NCBI GenBank assembly: GCA_024229515.1
Contig: JAAESI010000275.1
Coordinates: forward strand, 131,181-195,180
Reading direction: 5' to 3'
DNA from: Pseudomonadota bacterium
Lineage (GTDB): Bacteria; Myxococcota_A; UBA796; UBA9615
DNA length: 64,000 nt
Shown piece by piece: positions 58,101 to 64,000 of this stretch. Every line of letters starts with the position of its first letter. Position 1 is the first letter of the stretch. The position numbers were made by a program, and so were the translations under genes. Under the pieces are notes generated by a model, which saw nothing but the letters and a program-made list of their open reading frames with translations, ran no database searches and had not been told where the DNA came from.

Positions 58101-61100
58101 GACCCGTCCTCCACGGACTCGATGATGGGCGGAAGCGTGGCGGAGTCGGCGGGGATGACCGTCGTCTCTTCAGGCTTCGGCACCGGGTAGGCGTTCGGAT
58201 CGATCTTCGAAAGCTCCTCGAGCGCCTTGCCGACCCACTCGGTGTAGCGCTTCTTCTCCTTGGCGAAAGTCACTACGGCCGTGAACAGCGTGTTTGCCGT
58301 GTCCTCGAACGGTTGGGCCTTCTGGAGCAGCACGTCGGAGTACAGGAAGAAGCGATCCACCTCGTCCATGTCTTCGCTGTCACCGTCGAACGGGTTCGGC
58401 GCCTTCAGCCAGGTGAGCTGGTGGTTTCGGAAGCTCTGGGCCTTGTAGTACAGGGCCGCCGTCTGCCACTCGAAGTCGGGGTAGTTGACCACGAAGTCGT
58501 CCATCATCTGGGCGATCCGGGTGTTCTCCGCGATCTTGCGGTCGACGACCTCCTGCAGCACGTCCGCGTCCGTGGAGTTCGGAATCGTGATCTCCGCGTA
58601 GGCCTCGTACTCGACGATGAGCGGCTGGAAGGCCAGCTCGGCGACGATCTTCAGGCCGATGGATCCACCGTTCTTGGTCAGCTCCGGCCGCATCGCCTCG
58701 TAGGAGACGGTGATCTCCTCCAGCATGCGGTCGGCGTCGCGGTTCTTGCCCGCGTCCCGGGCGAACCCGGCCAGCTTGAACTTGGTCTCGACCCAGCGAT
58801 CTGCGTCGGTGTCGCCGTAGTTGGTCATCCACTTCTCGTAGATGTCCTTGGCCTCTCGAGTGTCCCCTTCGGCTTCCCACAGCTCCGCGGCGCGGAAGAG
58901 CAGCAACGGCGACTCCTCCTTCTCCGGGTAGGTGTCGTGGTACTGCTCGTAGGCGCGGGCCGCGTCGGCGAAACGCTCCAGGCCGATGGCGAGGAAGCCG
59001 GAGTTGTACAAAGCGTTCGGCACGTCGTCGTGCGTCGGATGGAACTCCATCAGGTCCTTGTAGTACCCGACGGCCTTCTCCAACTCGAAGAGCTGCTCGA
59101 AGTTCTGCGCCATCTTCCAGAAGGTGTTCGGCGCCTGCTCGCTGTGCGGGAACCGGTCCAGCAGGACCTCGTAGTAGCGCGTGCTGTCCGCCGCCCGACC
59201 GACTTTGCTGTAGGCCAACGCGATGTTGTAGACGATGTCGTCGATCTGCTGGGGGTCCTCGTCGGTGCCGTCGGCACCGTAGAGGTCGTAGTACTCCAGG
59301 AACGACAGCAGGGCGCACTCGAAGCGGCCCAGCCCGTAGTGAATCTCGCCGTCCTTGAACAACGACTGCTTGGCCAACGTGCTGAACAGCGCGTTGCGCT
59401 CCTCGCGCAGGACCTCGTCCTGGCCGAGGTCGAGCATCGCGAACCGCTCCGTGTACTCACGCATGCGGGACAGATCGCCGGTGAGGCGGTAGCTGTCGAC
59501 GACATGGCCGGCCGCGAACGACGCGTAGTCGGTCGAGGGGTGGTCCTCGATGAGCTCCATGAAGGTCAGGCGACCGCGGCCCAGGTGGTTCTTGTAGTAG
59601 TAGATCTGGCCGATGTCGTAGAGGAGGACGGCGAGGCCCTCGTACTCCGGCACCTCACGCTCGACCCAGCGGACGGCGCGGATGTAGTTCTGCTCCAGCT
59701 CGGTGATCGGCACCGTGCTGTACTCGACCTTCTGGCCGAGGGGCGGGTTGATGGTCGCCAGCGCCTCCGGCGTCTTGTCGATGTCCCCGCCGACCTGCTT
59801 CCACAGGTAGTTGTACGAGAACATGATCCCGAGGATGGCGTCCTTGCGGTACTTGTCCTCGGGGAAGCCGAAGAGGCTCGCGTACTGCTTGATCGCCTCC
59901 GCCCAGCCCGTCGTCCACTCGCCGTTTTCCATCTGGAACTTGAGCTCGCCGACCCAGAAGTAGCAGTCCGCGAGGTAGTAGTTCAGCTCGTACGCGTTCT
60001 CGGCGAACGGGTACTGCTCCAGGTACTCAAGGTACTTGTTGGCAGCGAGCAGGTAGTCGTTCGGGTCGCCCGAGGCCTGCGCCTTGGAGTGGTACGCGTA
60101 GGCGACCCACTGCAGGGACTCGAGGATGTACTTGGTCGCCGTGGCGGTGGCGTCCTTGTTGTTCTTGTTCGCCTCGAACCAGTCGCCCTTGAGGCCGTAG
60201 CGGTTCGTCAGCTCGATGCGGGCGCGCGCGGCCGAGTCCGGGTCCGGGATCACCAGGTTCTGGTACAGCACCACGATGCTGTTCTGGAACTCGGGGCCGT
60301 CCGGGTGCAGCGGCTGGAGCTCCTGGAGCTTGTAGTAGGCGGCGATCGCCTCTTCGAACCGGGCCTGGTCCTTGAGGATCGTGGCCAGCTCCACCAGCAC
60401 GGTGTAGGCCCACGGCTCGTCGCGCCGCCCCGTCAGCCTGCTCAGGGCGAAGTCGATCGGCGACATGTCGGCCTCGATGGCCTGGTCGGAGAAGGAGATC
60501 GCGAGGTACCGGATCGCCTCCGGCTTGAGGTCCGCCTCGCGGCCGGTCCGGGCTTCCTTGCGCTCGGCCCACTCCAGCAAGGTCATGAACCGATCGACCG
60601 CGACGTCAAGGTCATCGACCTTGTAGTAGGCCCACGCCAGCTTGTAGAGGGCGAGCTCGTACAGGCGCGCCTGCACGTTGTCGTCGAGGTCGACGCCGCC
60701 GCCGTCCTCGAACTCCTCGACCACCGTGCGGTAGTAGTAGAGCGCGCGGTCCAGCTGGTTCTCTTCGAAGTAGATGTCGCCGAGCCGGAAGAAGGCCTGG
60801 GCCCGGTAGGGGCTGCTCTCCACGTTCTCGAGCAACGCGAGGTAGGTCTCCTCGGCCCGTTCGGAGTCCAGGTGGCGGCTCGTCTCGTCGCTGTAGCAGT
60901 AGCCCAGCATGTAGTAAACGGCGCCGATCTCGTCATAGTCGGGGAACTTGCGGATCAGCTTCTTGTAGAGCGCGATCGACTTGCGGAGGTCCTTCTGCGG
61001 AGGCTCCGGGAGGAAGTCGAGCTTGCCCTCGTCGAAGAGCATCTCCATCTCGTCGTAGCGCTCGTTGGCGAGGAGGTAGTCCTCGTCCGACTTCTCGAAG

Positions 61101-61666
61101 TACAGCTCCGCGAGCCGGAACATCCGTCGGCCCGTGTAGGGGGAATCAGGGTGATCCTTGATGAAGCGCTCGTGGGCCTCGATGGCAGCTTCGCGGAGCT
61201 GGCGCTCCTCGATGTCGGCCCGGCCGATCAGCTGGTCGTAGCCGTCACGCAGCTCGACGAGCTCCTCGGAGTACTTGCGGCGGATGATCCGGTTCACCTC
61301 ACCGGCGAACTCGAGAGCACGGTCCTCGTAGCGGGAGACCGCGTCGCGCCACGCCTGCAGCTCGGCCTCGTCGACCTCGCCGTTGCCGTCGGTGTCGCCG
61401 GGGATGGCCTCGGGGTCGTCGCCCTCTTCACCGGAGCCGGACTGGTTCGAGGCCTCGCGGCCCGCGCCGACCGAGCCGAAGGCATCGGTGACGACGGTGG
61501 GCAAGCTCTGCTCGTCGAACAGGTTGTCCTCGGTGGTGGTTTCTTCGGGGCCCTCGTCCGGCTTGCAGACGAACTCTTCCTGAGCGCGCTCGAAGTCGCT
61601 CGCGGCCAGGGCGGGACTGGCGATCAGCAGGGACCCGACGGCCCAGCCAACGATGCGGAGGTTCAT
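58097..61666 (-). CDS. giant secreted TPR-repeat protein, 1189 aa (GltD/AgmU-like)
   Basis: Signal peptide MNLRIVGWAVGSLLIASPALA; TPR-like helical repeats throughout; stop/start overlaps on both sides. Confidence 0.75.
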   Translation of the reverse strand: MNLRIVGWAVGSLLIASPALAASDFERAQEEFVCKPDEGPEETTTEDNLFDEQSLPTVVTDAFGSVGAGREASNQSGSGEEGDDPEAIPGDTDGNGEVDEAELQAWRDAVSRYEDRALEFAGEVNRIIRRKYSEELVELRDGYDQLIGRADIEERQLREAAIEAHERFIKDHPDSPYTGRRMFRLAELYFEKSDEDYLLANERYDEMEMLFDEGKLDFLPEPPQKDLRKSIALYKKLIRKFPDYDEIGAVYYMLGYCYSDETSRHLDSERAEETYLALLENVESSPYRAQAFFRLGDIYFEENQLDRALYYYRTVVEEFEDGGGVDLDDNVQARLYELALYKLAWAYYKVDDLDVAVDRFMTLLEWAERKEARTGREADLKPEAIRYLAISFSDQAIEADMSPIDFALSRLTGRRDEPWAYTVLVELATILKDQARFEEAIAAYYKLQELQPLHPDGPEFQNSIVVLYQNLVIPDPDSAARARIELTNRYGLKGDWFEANKNNKDATATATKYILESLQWVAYAYHSKAQASGDPNDYLLAANKYLEYLEQYPFAENAYELNYYLADCYFWVGELKFQMENGEWTTGWAEAIKQYASLFGFPEDKYRKDAILGIMFSYNYLWKQVGGDIDKTPEALATINPPLGQKVEYSTVPITELEQNYIRAVRWVEREVPEYEGLAVLLYDIGQIYYYKNHLGRGRLTFMELIEDHPSTDYASFAAGHVVDSYRLTGDLSRMREYTERFAMLDLGQDEVLREERNALFSTLAKQSLFKDGEIHYGLGRFECALLSFLEYYDLYGADGTDEDPQQIDDIVYNIALAYSKVGRAADSTRYYEVLLDRFPHSEQAPNTFWKMAQNFEQLFELEKAVGYYKDLMEFHPTHDDVPNALYNSGFLAIGLERFADAARAYEQYHDTYPEKEESPLLLFRAAELWEAEGDTREAKDIYEKWMTNYGDTDADRWVETKFKLAGFARDAGKNRDADRMLEEITVSYEAMRPELTKNGGSIGLKIVAELAFQPLIVEYEAYAEITIPNSTDADVLQEVVDRKIAENTRIAQMMDDFVVNYPDFEWQTAALYYKAQSFRNHQLTWLKAPNPFDGDSEDMDEVDRFFLYSDVLLQKAQPFEDTANTLFTAVVTFAKEKKRYTEWVGKALEELSKIDPNAYPVPKPEETTVIPADSATLPPIIESVEDGS

Positions 61667-64000
61667 CAGTAGTCCCCCAGCACGGCGCGGAACGCCTCTT
61701 CGAGGGCCCGCATGCGCCGGACCTTGTCGCGGGTCAGATCCTCGCGGTTCTGACTCGTCGTCTCCTTGCGGTACCAGTAGACGTCGGCGACGCCCATGTC
61801 GGCGCGGACGAGCATGTCTTCGAAGAAGCCGGCCACGTTCATGAACGCGCGTTCGCCGATGCGTCCGCTGACGCCTTCGTTGGAAGTCGCGATGGTCACA
61901 CCCTCACGGTCGAGTTCGCCGACCACGCGGCGCTGGAACTTGACCTCGTCCTTGATGTCGTCGACCTCGGCCGCTTCGGCCCGGTCCATCAGCTCCCGAG
62001 CCGAGCTGGAGAGCCGATCGAGGTCCAGGAGCCGCGAACGGGAAGCGTCGAGGCGGCGGAAGAAGTCACCCCCGCCAGAGGCGGAGCGGCGAATGGTCGC
62101 AAGGCGGCTTTCCGTGCGCGCGAGGCGGGCGCGGGCGTCTCCTCGGTCGTCCGACTCGGCTTCCGTGTCGGCGCCCAGCCGTCCGGTCAGCACGCGCGGC
62201 TCGAGGGACTTCTTCATCTCCCGAAGCTGGGCCTGCATGGCCTGAAGCCCGGTTCGCTCGCCCTCGATGACGCGACGCGCTTCGAGCTCCTGGTCCCGGG
62301 TGCGCTCGCCGCGGTTGCGGGCGTCGACGAGGTACTCCTCGACCGCGATGAGTCGGCCCTGGAGGTCCTTGATGGCCAACTCCAGGTGGTAGATGCGGGT
62401 CTCGACCGCCTGCGCCTGGAGGTTGAAGACCTCCCGCTTCTGGAGGGCGAGCTGACGCTCGGCGGAGACGGACGTGGCGGCGCCGGTGGCGGCGGCGATC
62501 TCAGCCCGAAGGTCCCGGATGTCACCGCGCGAGGAGGCGGGCAGGTTGGCTTCGAGCCAGGCCACCTCGGTCTCGATCAGGCGGGACCGGAGCAGCAGGC
62601 CCGCGGCCTCGGCCGAGGTGAGCTGCTGTCGGTGCAGGCGGTACGTCTGGATGAGTCCGCCCGAGGCGTCCTGGTAGAGCGCCTCTTCGAGAAGATCGAG
62701 GACGTCGGTGGCGTCCTCGATGGCGGCTTGCTGCCGGTAGAGGTCGCCCGAGACGGTCACGGCGTGGGCCACGCGCTCATCGGCGGCGGCCTGCAGGCGC
62801 GCCTCCTCGGGAACCGTCAGGTCGGCCTCCGCGACGAAGTTCGTGTCGACCAACTGGTTGAAGTAGATCATCGGGTCGACGCCCGAGGCGACGATCTGGT
62901 CGACGATGACCTTCAGCTCCCGGAAGTGGTCGCCGGCGAGCTCGTACCGGGCGATCGCGGCGTCGAACTGCTCCATGCGCACGCGGACGTGGCCGGACAG
63001 CAGACGAAGCGTGGGCTCGCGGCGGTCGTCGGGGAACGCGAGGTTGAAGATCTCGATGGCGCGGATCGCCTCTTCGTACTTGCGGGTCCGCTCGAAGCTG
63101 CTCGCGTTCGGGTCCGCGTCGCTACCGATCTGGGAGGCGGCCTCGACGTTCGCCCAGATCATCTCGTACAGGGCGTCCGCGTAGTAGTCGCTGTCGGCCT
63201 GCACCTGGGTGTACTCGGAGATCGCCTCCGGCACGCTTCCGGCCTCGTAGTAGAGGCGCCCGATGGCGATGTGGCAGAGGTCGGCGACCCGCTTGTGATC
63301 GTCCGTGGAGCGCGGAAGCGTGAGGGCCTCGCGGAAGACGACGACGGCCTGCTCGTAGCGCTGACGGGTGAAGTCCTGCTGCCCTTCGCTGATCGCGGCC
63401 TGTCCCTCGGCGACGAGGATGACGCCGCTGAAGTACCGGGCCTGCGGGGTGTACGTGGAGCCACGGGGGAAGGCCGCAAAGATCGCCTGGGCGTCCCGGA
63501 GCTTGCCCTGCCGGTAGAGGCTCTTGCCCATCTCGTAGCGGATGCGCAGCGAGGTCGGGCTGTCGTCCATCGAGCTGCGGACGAAGCGGTTGTAGTACTC
63601 GTTGAACTTGTCGTGGTCGCCGGTGCGGCCGAACAGCTCGATGAGCTTGAGCAGGCTGTCCCCGTAGAAAGGATGCGTGGCGCCCTGATCGACGATCGTC
63701 TGGAAGCGATCCGTGGCCGGGCTCAGGTTGCCGTCCTGGAAGAGGCACTCGGCGAGGTACCACTGGCCTTCGTTGCGCCGCGGATCGCCGCGCAGGTCGT
63801 CGTTCTCCAGCAGCGACCAGAAGATCAGCGCGCAGCGCTCGTAGTCATCGACGAGGTACGCGTACTTCGCCTCGCTGAAGCGCTCGCTGATGATCCGGGG
63901 ACTGCGGGTCAGCGACCCGGTGGAGACATCGGCGCGCAGGGACGAGATGCGGCGCTCGAGTCCGAGCACCTCCGTCTCGACCAGCGCGAGGTCCGTTTCG
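61666..64000 (-). CDS. TPR + coiled-coil protein, 5'-partial (continues beyond window end)
   Basis: Frame open to window edge; N-half TPR-like, C-half long coiled coil; stop overlaps next gene start. Confidence 0.65.
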   Translation of the reverse strand, partial: ETDLALVETEVLGLERRISSLRADVSTGSLTRSPRIISERFSEAKYAYLVDDYERCALIFWSLLENDDLRGDPRRNEGQWYLAECLFQDGNLSPATDRFQTIVDQGATHPFYGDSLLKLIELFGRTGDHDKFNEYYNRFVRSSMDDSPTSLRIRYEMGKSLYRQGKLRDAQAIFAAFPRGSTYTPQARYFSGVILVAEGQAAISEGQQDFTRQRYEQAVVVFREALTLPRSTDDHKRVADLCHIAIGRLYYEAGSVPEAISEYTQVQADSDYYADALYEMIWANVEAASQIGSDADPNASSFERTRKYEEAIRAIEIFNLAFPDDRREPTLRLLSGHVRVRMEQFDAAIARYELAGDHFRELKVIVDQIVASGVDPMIYFNQLVDTNFVAEADLTVPEEARLQAAADERVAHAVTVSGDLYRQQAAIEDATDVLDLLEEALYQDASGGLIQTYRLHRQQLTSAEAAGLLLRSRLIETEVAWLEANLPASSRGDIRDLRAEIAAATGAATSVSAERQLALQKREVFNLQAQAVETRIYHLELAIKDLQGRLIAVEEYLVDARNRGERTRDQELEARRVIEGERTGLQAMQAQLREMKKSLEPRVLTGRLGADTEAESDDRGDARARLARTESRLATIRRSASGGGDFFRRLDASRSRLLDLDRLSSSARELMDRAEAAEVDDIKDEVKFQRRVVGELDREGVTIATSNEGVSGRIGERAFMNVAGFFEDMLVRADMGVADVYWYRKETTSQNREDLTRDKVRRMRALEEAFRAVLGDY

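Noticed and set aside
58313-61672. 1119-aa plus-strand ORF
   Set aside because: Antisense to the 1189-aa TPR gene, which has a signal peptide, overlapping-stop coupling and TPR periodicity. The plus-frame product is V/G/R/L low complexity.

Overview
This is a 64 kb window at about 70% GC, almost certainly from a myxobacterium (Myxococcota). Evidence for that placement: a protein with a MYXO-CTERM-type sorting tail, many 'MopE-like' Cys/Asp-rich repeat proteins, a multidomain Ser/Thr kinase, and an Agl-Glt-like cluster. Genes are tightly packed on both strands; I call 54 CDS. I saw no rRNA, tRNA, CRISPR array, transposase or integrase.

Housekeeping genes are mixed with many secreted proteins:
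- Housekeeping: mmuM, pepA, gluQ, nadD, tkt, ftsEX-envC, ctpA, rimO, lolA, ftsK, rnj, and a wbpB/wbpD-like sugar-modification pair.
- An ECF sigma / anti-sigma / Spy-CpxP envelope-stress module at the 5' edge.
- A five-gene minus-strand operon of secreted hydrolases: a Tat-lipoprotein phospholipase C, an OmpA protein with thrombospondin-3 repeats and an unusual WG-repeat tail, and an S8 subtilase.
- A 1.7 kaa lipoprotein built from about 50 tandem 28-aa four-Cys Asp-rich repeats alternating with beta-sandwich domains. It is followed by a TlpA-like thiol:disulfide oxidoreductase whose conserved Trp codon of the WCxxC motif is an in-frame TGA.
- At 52.9-64 kb (minus strand), a long operon: giant TPR proteins, a MotA/TolQ/ExbB channel, two TolR/ExbD paralogs (one with an 8-Cys periplasmic insertion) and a TonB-C-domain protein. 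There is no tolA, tolB or pal. This has the gene content and order of the Agl-Glt (adventurous gliding / 'ancestral Tol-like') envelope machine.

Limits: many long antisense ORFs in the track are GC-frame artefacts. Start codons are inferred from signal peptides, RBS and overlaps, so coordinates may be off by a few nt. My manual base indexing disagreed with the ORF-track coordinates by 1 nt at the RNase J start and a nearby ORF; reported coordinates follow the track, and hand-indexed features (the small ORF at 29611 and the sub-gene repeat, dyad and hairpin features) may be off by 1-2 nt.
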